This document shows positions 52,665-64,000 of a DNA stretch of 64,000 bases, piece by piece. The position numbers were made by a program, and so were the translations under genes. Origin of the DNA: Camelus dromedarius (taxonomy: Eukaryota); contig NC_087436.1 of NCBI RefSeq assembly GCF_036321535.1, forward strand, positions 42,720,001 to 42,784,000, in the 5' to 3' direction. The notes below the pieces were generated by a model. It was not told where the DNA came from and did not search any database. It worked only from the letters and a program-made list of their open reading frames with translations. Position 1 is the stretch's first letter. Every line of letters begins with the position of its first letter.

Positions 52665-52970
52665 AATGCTTATTTAACATCTTTCATTCAAGGATCTAGG
52701 ATGTTTCTTGACTGACTCCCACAGGGCTTGTGGACTGTGGGTGAAGGACCCTTGGATTCCGGTGCCCAGTGCTGTAAGGCCTGTCCTCCTGAGTGGCACG
52801 TTGCAGCTGTTTGTCACAGTGCACATCACATGCCCTCCCGGGCCAGGGAGTGCAGGAGGCAGCATTACCCAGCTGAAATAGCAGAGAGATTTAGGGAGCA
52901 CGGAGTAAATTACCTGGACTGGAGTTTGGCTAGGTCTGTGGCTCAGTAACCCCATTCCTATAAAAATGTT
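52665..52970 (-). mobile_element. AmnSINE1-like (Deu-domain SINE) relic, 3' half
   Basis: Minus strand reads cctagccaaactccagtccaggtaatt..cctaaatctctctgctatttcagctggg..tgtgcactgtgacaaacagctgcaacgtgccactcaggagg..gatccttgaatgaaagatgttaaataa. This is collinear with the AmnSINE1 consensus as I recall it. Confidence 0.72.
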
Positions 52971-53194
52971 CTATCTGTAAAACATTTTATATCCTGTTTT
53001 GTCCCAAAGAAAATAAAACCTACCTCACTTTCCATCTGCATGATTCTGTACATTTGGGAGCTTAACATAATAACGAGGATACAATAGCTTGTATCGACTG
53101 TTGATGATGAAGGAAAGTCAGGTTAGCACTGGGCATAAGGAACCCATTTGCATTGTGCCTGTCAAAAGCAGGCTATGGGAGGCATGAAAACAAT

Positions 53195-54910
53195 AAAATA
53201 TGCTCAGTTCCCAGAAAAAAAATTTACTGTTTGGCTTGGAGAATAGGAGATACACACAAATAATTATAGAGGAGATAAAGATGAGTAGCAGAAGAATGCA
53301 TTAAGATCATTCAGTGTACCAGGTAGTGGCATTTAGTTGTGGAAGCAAGAAAGGAAGCATTGAGGGAGTAGAAGTTAAGATGACTGGAAGGAAGGAAGAA
53401 GGGCAAGGACATAGAGGTGCAGAAAGTCATGTAATGTTTGGACAAAAGATGGAGAAACAGGAAAAAAAGCTTGAAAAGATGTAAAGGTCTTTGACTGACA
53501 GGTTGAGAATATTGTCTTACATATGGTGAAGACACATTAAAGAGGGCTTCTAAGACATTACTTGGCAACAGTGAATAAGCAGGGTGGATTGGCATTGAGC
53601 GTGAGATACTGAAATTCTGAAACTGTAGGACAGTAAAGGGAAAGGAGTGAGAACACAAGGATGCCTGGGGTTTCAAGGTTGAAATCATGGGGAAAATTGT
53701 GATTTTCATATAACAAATTGAGGAGTCAAAATCAAGAACTGATTTGGATGAAGGAAGATGATGAATTGACTTGTGTTTAAGGTACAAGCTATATATTCAG
53801 GTGGAAACATCTGAGAGACCATTGAAAATTGAGTGTGGTCCTTGAGAACGGGACTTGGGAAGTGGTGCCATGTACTGTATAGGTTAAGAGCATCTGCTCT
53901 GAAATCAGACTGGCAAGGTTCAAGACCTGTGTCTGCCACTTCCGAGTCCTTGTGATCTTGGATAAACTTCCTAACTTCTCCAAGCCATGGTTTTCTTATC
54001 GATAAAACTGCAGTAATCATTTTAGCTGCAATTTGTGACTTGTCTGCACAAAGATGATGGTAAAACCTGTACTAGTGGAAAAGATCACAAAGGAGAGAAA
54101 AGATAGACAGGAAAAAGAGCCCAGGACAGTGCTGTGGAGGGAAACCTGCATTTTGATGAATGAGAGGAGGAGATAGAACTATTTGAAGAGAAGCGAAAGG
54201 TATGTCAGAAAGGAATAATGCAGTGCTTTGAACTCTGAGGGAGAGAATTTTTGCGAAGGAGGGGATGGCAGGTGTGATGTTCAATGTTACAGAGAAATGG
54301 GAAGAAATGAAGACTGGGAAAAGGCCTTGGTTTTCCATATAGCAGAGTTTCAGTCATGTTAGGGAAGTGACCATGAGAATCAGGCTCATCTGTTAAGTCC
54401 ACATCATTGTAGCTGAGTGTACTGCATGAAGTAGAATGGTATATGATGAATACTTGCTAAATGAATAGAAGAAAAAACTTTCTTGGGATTAAAGAATAAA
54501 TGGAGATAACATGTAAAACCTTGCTGGTTTAATAAAATAGGAAAAGAGAGACGGACACAGTGCTAAGGAGTAATTTCAGGGATTAACCTGGTCAAGGGAA
54601 TTAACTTTGGTGATAAATAAAACTGAAGCTTATTTGACAGAAGAGGAAACAGGATTACTCAAGAATAGAAAGACTGATAATGTAAGGGAAGAGAGGAAAA
54701 ACTATGGGGCCAAGTGATGGAGACTGTTGGGTCTGAGTGGGAACAAGAGATTAGTCTGGGAAAAAATCTTCCTCACAGAGGACAGCAGGAGAGTGAGAAG
54801 ACAGCACGGTGCTGAGACATTTGGGATGGAGAATACAGTTACAGTTCAGCTGGGAAGAGAAATGGAAGCAGGATTGAGAGCTTGGAGAGAAGAGATTTGG
54901 GATGGTCTTT
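53195..54910 (-). mobile_element. Long degenerate L2 fragment with a nested MIR
   Basis: Purine-rich L2 antisense motifs: ggatgcctggggtttc, tcaggtggaaacatctg, gagcccaggacag, ttcaatgttacagag, gcagagtttcagt. Confidence 0.65.
53865..54020 (+). mobile_element. MIR SINE 5' part
   Basis: ggttaagagc..gctctgaaatcagactg..ggttcaagacct..tctgccactt..tgtgatcttggataaacttcctaacttctc. Confidence 0.82.
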
Positions 54911-56154
54911 GGGGATTGTAGAGAGGAAGCCACGAAAAGCATCGTGCAGTGGGTGGTAGTGGGTATAGCTACCATGGCCTTGAATCTAGCCCCAAACTGC
55001 CCGAGCTCTGGGGACCTAGGGCTTTAAAAGGTGAGGCGACCGGAAATCTGGCACTTTTTAAATATTTAAGGAAGAAGGTTTCTTTCTTTAACATTCATTT
55101 TCTTTAATTTGTACAGATAGTAACAATCAAACTGCTAGAATTTAAATCCAACCCTAGGTAATAGCAGAAGCCCTTGCTGTTGTCATTCTATTATGTTCTT
55201 TCTAGGGTGCATCCAGCAGGAGAGGTGGTGGGAAGGAAGTTAGGAGGCAAAGAGTTGGGAAGAAAATTTTATTCTACAGGAATGACAGCCAGAATGACAT
55301 CATTTTAGAATGTTTGGTAGCAGATTTCTTTTTCTACCTGGAAGGGAAGTCTGAGGAATCTTTAATTCACAAATTAAATCGGCTATTTTCCTTATTTCTA
55401 TCAATTTTATTCAATTTCTGTACATAAACAGAAGACTCCACAGGCAGCTTTTCATGTTTGACTTGTACATAGTTTCATCAGTATGGAAAGCACTGCTTGT
55501 GGAGAAAAATTATTACATGTCAGGAGTATGAAATAAATATTATAAAGCCATAGCTGGTTCATCCTGGATTTTTTATGACCAACATTTAGTGAGGTTTATC
55601 ATGAATACTCGTTTTTATGTGCCTTGCTTACTTTCCTATCTGCATACCTCTAGTTCATTCACTGTGATGATAAGGACTTTTGGTTTGATGAGTTTTCCCA
55701 TAAGCATTGGTGTGTTGAATAATTTTCTTAAAAGCCTGTGTCATTTTTCAGTTTGCGTTTCTAAGTTCACTACAAAGGCAATGAACCCAAAGATTGTTAC
55801 TAAGATAGTTGTAATCAGAATGTTTCATTATTTTCTTTTTACATAAAATGTTTTTCCTTTCCCTTATTCATTTCCCCATTCTTTCTCCCTTTGCTATTAC
55901 TGTTGATGTTTGATATCTAATTACTCTTACTTTTCTTTCCCTCTACCACCCGATTGCCCACAAATAAAATTGTCTTGAGTTCGGACTTCTAAGTTCTAGA
56001 AAAGAAGACATCTTTTCACCTTTCTGAGTTACTGGCTTTTGTCTGGTAAATGAAAATACTGGATATCTTTTATGCTGAGGTTTATGTAGTTCTGGACTTT
56101 GTTCTCTAGTTCCCAAGGGATTTTATGTCTTATTTTACCCTCATTATATCAGTC

Positions 56155-57045
56155 ATCATTCATTCATTCATTCATTCACTCATTTATTGAACTATGAGCA
56201 GGTACGCTTGCAGATTCTAGAACTTGGTTGAGCGGCTACTATGGGTAGGCACAGTTCTAGATTCTAGAACTTGGTATAGGATGTGAGCAAACTTGGTATT
56301 TGAGAGGCTGGAAGAGTCATTTGGATGGGTAAGTGCAATGCAGTGAATAAAACAGGACTATAAGTTAAATAGTGACCTCAAGCAGGGTTACTTTGGATAG
56401 ACCTCTCTGAGGATGTTAACATTTGTGCTGAGACATTAATGATGAGAGGAAGCAAATCATGAGAAAATATGAGAGAAGAACATTCTGGGCCAAAAGACCA
56501 AGGTGACAATGAGCTTGCACAGGGATAGAAAGAAAGTCATCACATTTGGAGTGTAATTAGCCAAGAGGAGAGATGTACACAGCGATCTTGGGAGGTGGGC
56601 AGAGGACAGATTAGATAGAGCCTTACAGCCAAAGTTAAGGAATTTGGATCTTACTTTGAAAGCCGTGGTACGCTATATTGATGAAATGGAGCAGGGAAGT
56701 GATGTAACCAGATTTTGTCTTGAGAAAATCGCTCTGGCTGCCATGTGCAAAATAAATTGAAAGGATATGTGAGTGAAAACAAGACTAGGTTGAAGATTCT
56801 TGCAGTCTAAGGGAGATGTGAAGGTGGCAGTAGAGATAGTGAGAAGGATACCTTTTGGAAAAGTATAGGACTTGCTAATGGAAAGATTGTGAGGTGTGAA
56901 GGACAGTGAAGAGGCATGACTACTAGTTTTATAGCCAGATCAACTGTCCAATAATGGTGCTAATATTTGAGATGGACGATACTGGAGTAGAATTAGATTG
57001 GGATGGGAAACTGAGAGTTCAGGTTTCCATGTGTTAAACGTGAGA
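56155..57045 (-). mobile_element. L2 LINE 3' end with (TCAT)n tail
   Basis: (tcat)n-ttattga; acctctctgagga..acatttgtgctgagac; gagcagggaagtgat; gctctggctgccatgtg; gagttcaggttt..catgt. Confidence 0.85.
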
Positions 57046-57460
57046 TTCATCATCTGCCAAAGAAACCTCTTACCTATTAGCAGTTTTTCCTCATTCCCAC
57101 CTTTCCTTCTTCCCTTGCCCACTCCAGGCAACCACTAGTCTACTTTCTATCTCTATAGATTTGTTTATTTTAGACATTTTATAGAAGTATAATCATATAT
57201 TATGTAGTCTTTTGTGACTGGTTTCTCATTGTGCATAATATTTTCAAGATTCATTTATGTTGTAGCATGTTTTATTGCTGAATAATGTTCTGTTAGGTGG
57301 ATATACCACATTTTGTTTATCCATTCATCAGTGGATGGGTCTTTGGGTTTTTTTCCACTTTTTGGCTATTAGTATAAATAATGCTGCTATGAACATTTGT
57401 GTCCTAGCTTTTTGTATAAACCTGTATTTTTATCTATCTTGTGTATATACCTAGGAATGG
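57046..57460 (-). mobile_element. L1MB-type LINE 3' UTR fragment
   Basis: ccaggcaaccactagtctactttctatctctatagatttg, ggatataccacattttgtttatccattcatcag, aataatgctgctatgaacattt, atacctaggaatgg. Confidence 0.9.
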
Positions 57461-58859
57461 AGGAAATACTGTACACACACAAACACATATTCAAGAAATA
57501 AAAAATAGTTTATAAAAACAACAGTACCCCATAGTGTAGTTATAAGAATTATTGATTACTAATCTGATTAATTTGCATTGTAACATATCTGCAAGTGACA
57601 CATACGTAAGAAAAGTATTGTAATTTAGGTATTTTTATGTGTGAGAAAGAAATGAAAGTAGGGTTTCAGAATAAGAAAGTGAATTATGACCATTTTCCTT
57701 TGTGTATAAGGAATAGAGATATCATACCAAGTAGGAAGTTCTTTATTTAACCATTATTTTAAATTAACTGTGCCCAGAGTTGAAAGGAACATCTGTTTCA
57801 TGTCAAAGAATCACCAGCCCAGCCTGTCTATTCCTGTATCACGTTGAATGTTACTAGAAAGAATCTGGCATCAGGATCTTTATTTGTGTCATGGATTTTT
57901 GTTAAAATATTAATGAAAATTGGTATTTTTCTTTTGGCTGAATAGAAGGTGTGGTAATATTCTTAAACTAGACCTTCCCTTCCTGTGACCCCTTTGTAGG
58001 AGAGGTGTCTGTTTCTGCATATTACTTGCCAGGCTGTGGCAGTTAGCCCTAGTCTGTGGACACTCATATAAAATTTGCTAGATTTTTTGTTTTTGTGGTG
58101 GGGAGCTGTTCTGGGGAGAGATTAGGGTGGCTGGGGGCTGCTGAGAAGAAGTAGGATGAAGTTGTCTTTCACTAAAATCCTAGATTAGCTTCATAATCAG
58201 TGAGAAGTTTCCATTTTCATTTTTTAAATTGAAAAGTGAATTTAGGGTTCATTAAAGGCCTAAAAATGCTGCCTTTCTTTCCCATGAAATTTGAATGATG
58301 ACTTTCGGTTGTCTTTTACAACATTGAATTTTCTTGATCTGGCAATGCAAGATTAACCCCTCTGTTGGAGTATTTCCATGTACTGTGCTTCTAAGTGCTG
58401 TGGACAGTTTTAGGAATGGAAAAGAACTAAGACTTTTTTTTTTTTGGTGGGGGAAGGATGTTCTAATTCACAGTTAATGTTTATGTTTACTACATTAAAA
58501 AGCCCACTTTGCATTAATGGCAAGATATTTGTTGGATGGGTTCTATATTGTCATGTATATTTACAATTTGATGGATATTTCCAAGTGAATTAAAAAGTAT
58601 TGTCTCTCACATTTTTCATATAATTTTTTAATTTTAAGGCCTTGGTTGGATTATTAATAGCCTTTTAAGCCTTTCAGTCTCAACTCTTCTCAAGAAATTT
58701 TTAGTGACATGGAGAAATTCGTATTGGAAAAGTTTGCCTTAGCATTTGAAATAGTAAATATCTTATGTTTTTTCATTATATATTTTAGTATTATATTTTT
58801 ATTCATATGGGGTTTAAATGAAAGTATATAGAATCATACATTATGTAGTCTTTTGTGAA

Positions 58860-58877
58860 TACACACACACACACACA
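58860..58877. repeat. Short (AC)n microsatellite
   Basis: Direct read. Confidence 0.9.
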
Positions 58878-59811
58878 AAATTCCAAAGAAGGAGAAAAAG
58901 GATTATGAAAAGTACCATGTATGTTTGCCAGAATCTGAATAGGATGACAACACATAAAAAATATTTTGCATTTACTTACTGTGCTATATCCTATTTTCAT
59001 TAAAAAATAAAATCAGGTTGGTAAGTTAACTAGAAATGTGAGACTGGTTAACTTTCCCACACATTCTTTCTCCCTTGTGGGTTTTTGTATAGGTATATTT
59101 AAACAGCCACATGAAACCATTATTTGTGGAGGATGGACTAAAAGGGAACATGTACAGACCATCTTGTATATTCAGATCTAATTTAGTGAAAACTATCAGA
59201 AAACAAAGTACAGTGATTTCATAGATAAGAGTTTAATTTGTTAATTCGTCTAACTAAATTTTTCCTCCTCACAATAGTGATTTTCAAAGAAATACTTTAA
59301 TTTGTCACTTATTCTTGTGAGTCTGTGATATATAAAAACTGATGTATCAATTCTTTTATAGAAAGTTAGAAACTTTAATTCTTAGCATCAGCAAGATGAC
59401 CTTAGATGATTTGCTTAACTTTCTGTGATTTGAAAGGCTAACTTGAAGTTGTGAGAAATAATGCGGGAACTGACAAGGCACATGGTCTTTGGTGCAAATA
59501 TTCCATCTGGTAAGGCTTCTCAGATGGAGATAATATATTGCAACTGTGTGGTTCTAGGCCTTGCCCAGATTCACTGACCCAAATGCCATCTTCCTGCCCC
59601 TCTTTCTCAGTGCATGTTCTCATTTATTAGTGAGCTTGATGTTTTATTTTGGACCTATTTCCAATTTTAATTATTATTGTAAAGAAATACTTCCTTTTGA
59701 AGATATTTATTGACTAGATGACACAAACTATTAAAGAATTATGGAAATGCTGTTATTCCTTAAAAAAAAGCATAAAGGAGAATGAAAGATAGATGTAATA
59801 AGTAGAGTTTC

Positions 59812-60281
59812 TTCTTTAACTGTGGTAAAATGTATATAACATAAAATCCACCATTGTAACCATTTTAAGTGTACAGTTAGGTCAGTGGCATTAAGTACAT
59901 TCACATTGTCATGCAACCATCACCACCATCCATCTCCAGCGTATTTTCATCTTCCCTAACTGAAATTCTATACCCATTAAATAATAGCTCTTCATTTTCC
60001 CCTCCCTCAGCTCCTGGCAACCATTCTGTCTTCTGTCTCTGAATCTGATTACTCTAGATACCTCATATAAGTGAACTCATTCCATATTTGTCCTTTTGTG
60101 ACTGGCTTATTATACTTAGCATGATGTCCTCAAGGTTCATCCATATTGTAGTGTGTGTCACAACTTCCTTCCTTTTTAAGGCTGAATGATACTCTGTTAT
60201 ATGTACATACCACATTTTGTGTATCCATTCATCTGTTGTTGGACACGTAGTTTACTTCCATTTTTTGGCAATTGTGAATAG
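59812..60281 (-). mobile_element. L1MB-type LINE 3' end (5'-truncated)
   Basis: tgtggtaaaat..taaccattttaagtgtacagtt, gtggcattaagtacattcacattg, tacctcatataagtg, tcctcaaggttcatccat, ttccttcctttttaaggctgaat. Confidence 0.92.
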
Positions 60282-61942
60282 TAGGGATTTTTAAGAGTTT
60301 ATCTAAAAAGCTATATATGATCATTAAGTTGAACATTCTAATTGGGTCAAATAAAGGAAGGAATACATATTATATATTTATAATTTTTATTTCTTTATTG
60401 TACATAGAAATGTGTGGGGTCATTTTTACCCTCAAATATTTTTTATTACTTTGTAAGCTGTTTACCTTGAATATTCTACTACGTGAATAGAAGTGTTGCA
60501 GTATATATCATTTATTTACCTGGAGGGGAAAATGGCATTCTTAATAATATGTATATTTGATATTATGATGGGTTTGCCAATTTTAAACTCTCATTTGCGT
60601 TTTGACTTTTGTAGTGTTTGATAATGTGATAATAAGTGAGGAGAAGCCAGAAGGATATTTTTGCCTTTCTTTTTAACCCTTAGCTTTTCAGTATATATAT
60701 TTTTCTTTAGCACTTGGCTTGGCTTTTGTAGTTACTTCACATTTGACTAGTTTTATCATATACATTTTAATAGGACCAAAGGGCCATAATGTTTGTTGTA
60801 TTTTCAAATCTAAAATATTGTTAAAATTTTTCAGTTTGTTGAATACCTCATTGCAGCTATATGGAGTATTGTTCATGCTCTAGACTTTTTGCAAGGTATC
60901 TGCAAACTTCATTAAGCTTTTTCAGGTACTAATTTAAATATTAAAGGAGAGTATATGCCATTGTATTACCTGTGGCTTCCTTTGTTTCACTTGTTTTAAA
61001 ACAAAAATGAAACAAACTTTGGTTATCTAGTTATTAACTTTTGCAGCGAATTGCCTTTCTAAATCAGTATCTTTTAAGTGCTAGGATATGTTGAAGCATG
61101 GTATGCACAGTGTTAGCTTTTGGGGTTAATCTAGATGAAGAGTTTAAGGTTGAATATGTTTCATTGTATACTTAATGTCTAATACTAGATAAAATGATAT
61201 TTAAAATATGTCAGCATTGAAGAATATCATCTAAAAAGCCTTTAGAATAAGTTGGATGACTTGGAAGATCTGATTTTATGTGCATATTTCAAAGTAAAAT
61301 TACAATTATGAGTGGGAAAGAAAACCTTTTTGAAAAGCTCTTTGCTTGAGGTCTGTTTTGTTTAATTTTTGTTTTTGTATTTTTTAAAGGATTTGTTTGA
61401 CCAAGTGATCAGATCATAGCTGTATTGCTTTAAAGTGATAGATTTGTTATTCAAAGATGGCGGTAAACTCAAATACTCTCTTAATATAACTAGGGGGATG
61501 TTAATGGGTGAAATTGTTTTTATTTTAGTTGTGAATCAGGAAGACTTCTAATTGAGTATGTTTTAGACGAGGAGATGCTTCTTTCCAAATAGTCTCCATT
61601 TATATGTTCTTGAGTAGTTAAATAAAGTTGATGGAGTCTTTTAAAATTTGTCTGCTCTAACAGTGCAAAAGGATACTTCTCATTTTAATTTTGATATTCA
61701 TAATTGTAGCTATTTTGAAGAAAATTATGGGAACTCACGTTCTGTTGCCATTTGCAGAGGTGATAGTGCTAATGTAGTTAGTTATATGAATATGCTTTCT
61801 TTAATGTCATTTGGTTTTGTCTACTTGAGTCTCCCTTTTGTTTTTCCGTTCTTTCAACTGTTTTATTTTCAATTTAAAAATTTGTCAGTTACCTTATTGT
61901 TTCTTATAAAATTAATGTTTATTAAGTTACTATAGCTATATT

Positions 61943-62240
61943 TTAACCTTTCTGAGCTTCAGTTCTTCGTTATTAGAACAGGAATAATGGAGGAGGTTAT
62001 AACTCAGTGGTAGAGTGCATGCCTAGCATGCACAGGTCCTGGTGAAGTTCAATCCCCAGTACTGCCATCAAAATAAACAAACAAACAAACAAACCTGATT
62101 ACCTCCCCCAACCAAAAAAAAAAAAAAAAACCCCAAACCCAGGAATAATAACCCTTGTTCTGTGTTGTCTCTTAGGGTTATTGTGAAAGTCAGATACTTG
62201 AATATGAAAGCACTTGGCAAACTGGTAAAGCACCATACAC
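61943..62240 (+). mobile_element. MIR split by the SINE at 61989-62139
   Basis: ttaacctttctgagcttcagtt..ggaataat on the left; tagggttattgtgaa..tatgaaagcacttggcaaactg..taaagcac on the right. Confidence 0.75.
61989..62139 (+). mobile_element. tRNA-derived SINE, Vic-1-like (camelid), inserted in a MIR
   Basis: A-box-like TAACTCAGTGG, B-box GTTCAATCC, gtgcatgcctagcatgcac, tail aaacctgattacctccccc + A-run; TSD CAGGAATAAT at 61979-61988 and 62140-62149. Confidence 0.88.
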
Positions 62241-64000
62241 TTTATTTATGTCTATAAATTATATATTGCGTATCACACAAGTTTTTTAAAGGCAGAATTT
62301 TTAAATATAATATTCCCTATGTATTATTCTACCTTAGGCTCCTGTATACTATTGGTGTTGCAGTTTCTCTGATAGGCAGATAATTTCTTTGTGAGGTGTG
62401 TGTGTGTTCTTAGGTTTTTTGGATCATTTTAGGAGTCTACTTTGTTAATTTGATGATTATGCATTATAACCTAGAAGTTTGTCATATAAGAATAAAAAAT
62501 CCTGGCTCATTTTAGTTGATTTTTTTTTCTTCCCTGTTAGTTTTTTACACTTCCCTAAAACTGTTAGGAGTAAAATTGCTTTAAAAATTTTTTTTTTCTT
62601 TTTTTGAAGCATTTTAAAGGAGGGAAGTAGAGTGTTCACATTTTATTCCTGTTTTCCCTTTGTGTTAACATGAATGCATATATTGCATTTAGAGAAGTAT
62701 AAATGTGTTCACAGTAAAACTTGTTTTCCCATCAGCTTTTCAAATTTGTTGTATCTTGTTGATTATGAAAGTGCTGTCATTTTAATAACCAGTCTTTCTA
62801 GACTGTCATCTAATTCTTGAAATGGTGAAGCTGCTTTGTCATTAATGCTAAGACCTCCCACTCTCTTACTGTCAATAGATAATAGTGAACAATTGAAACT
62901 GTTTGATTTGCATACTCATTAAGTGACTTGTATTTATGCCATCTACCTGGAAAATTATTTTTGAGAAGGTTAAATCTAAGTGATAATCATAGGAATGAAA
63001 AAGAACAATTTTAAATAGCCTATTTTAGTCTATTCTGTAGTATATTCTAATTAGTCTATTCTGTAGTATATTAGCATGTTGTAAAATATTCTATACATTT
63101 GTTACTTGTGCTTCAGTAGGTGGTTGTATGACCTTTCCTTCCAATTACCAACTCTGTATTCAAGCAAGTAAAAATCACCACACGATTCTCCATGCCCATA
63201 TAATGTATTTTAGAAAGAGCTAAGGAAAAAAGAAATAAGAAAGTTTAAACAACTGAGCTAAACTCTGGTAACCAACATCTAGAATAAGGCTTTTATTATT
63301 ACTCTTGAATTTCTGTGTTTCTTAGGAATTTTGTGTGCAAAGATTTTTATACCCTCAGCTGAAAGCTGAAACACATCAATTACCCTTATTTAAAAACAAA
63401 TTGTTAAACATGAGAATTCCAAACAAAATTCCAGTTCTTTCATTCTATTATAGGAGTCAGGTGAGAATCTTTCTGATATTTAAAATTGAAAGTTGTTTTT
63501 CCTTAAAATTTTTTGTCAGTTCTGTTGAAAGGCAGAATGAAAACTTGTTCTCATTTGTACATACTTGGCCTACTCTTTGGCTTACCAGTGGTTGAGTCAT
63601 GAACAAAGTAACTGTGTATGTATTTTAAAAGGCAGATGTCAAGTAATCACCTTATGAAAAGGCCCATTATAATTAGATGTGTGCATCACAGTTTACTCAT
63701 TAAGAAAATGCCATTTATATGATTTCATACTTTAAAAGCTACATGCTTCAGCAGAGCTTATATTTCTATATTTAAAAAGTGAAATGACCCTTCACTTTTA
63801 TGTAAAAACATGTTGAGCAACTCTTATCTTTTTCCTCTATCTCTTCTTTTAGAATGATAGTCAGGCTTTCAGTAGAGTGGCAGATTAACTTTTGGTAATT
63901 GCAACATTATGGGTATTTTATTTGAATTTGTGATTGTTGCCTGATCACTTACCTTTTCTTCTCTTTATTTGGGGATTTTTAACTTACTTAAAAGAAAAGT

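Larger units (their letters stand above)
40288..64000 (+). other. CAMK2D: CAMK2D intron 2, 5' part (continues beyond window)
   Basis: Follows the exon 2 donor. No sequence encoding the expected next residues ([20 protein letters not shown]) was seen. Confidence 0.88.

Noticed and set aside
53311..54338. ORFs of 158, 104 and 88 aa on the minus strand
   Set aside because: They lie in degenerate L2/MIR sequence and show no intact RT or endonuclease motifs.
61989..62070. tRNA-like sequence
   Set aside because: It is a SINE head with tail, A-run and TSD, and has no intact cloverleaf.
40288..64000. Further CAMK2D exons
   Set aside because: No segment encoding the next kinase-domain residues was found by eye or in the ORF track.

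Overview
Mammalian nuclear DNA, AT-rich and repeat-rich. It is probably camelid, judged from one Vic-1-like tRNA-derived SINE and no Alu, Bov-tA, PRE1 or Can-SINE seen. The window holds about 37 kb of upstream intergenic DNA, then the CpG-island promoter and first two coding exons of CAMK2D (CaM kinase II delta, + strand). Exon 1 CDS is 38520-38584 and exon 2 is 40193-40287; together they encode [53 protein letters not shown]. The rest of the window is the start of the large intron 2, and I did not find exon 3. The remainder is ancient interspersed repeats (MIR, L2, L1M, MaLR/ERVL LTRs, MER53) and microsatellites. I see no new multi-gene system. The best leads are: (1) a probable AmnSINE1 relic in intron 2, a candidate exapted enhancer; (2) a small retrocopy with a perfect 17-bp TSD whose body looks like an ancient L1M 3' end; (3) a dense Oct/CRE/BANP motif cluster 1.5 kb upstream of the ATG, with antisense 5' splice sites; (4) three independent insertions at almost the same position of MIR elements; (5) an exact 22-nt dispersed duplication. 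Repeat family names come from my recall of consensus sequences, and repeat boundaries are approximate.
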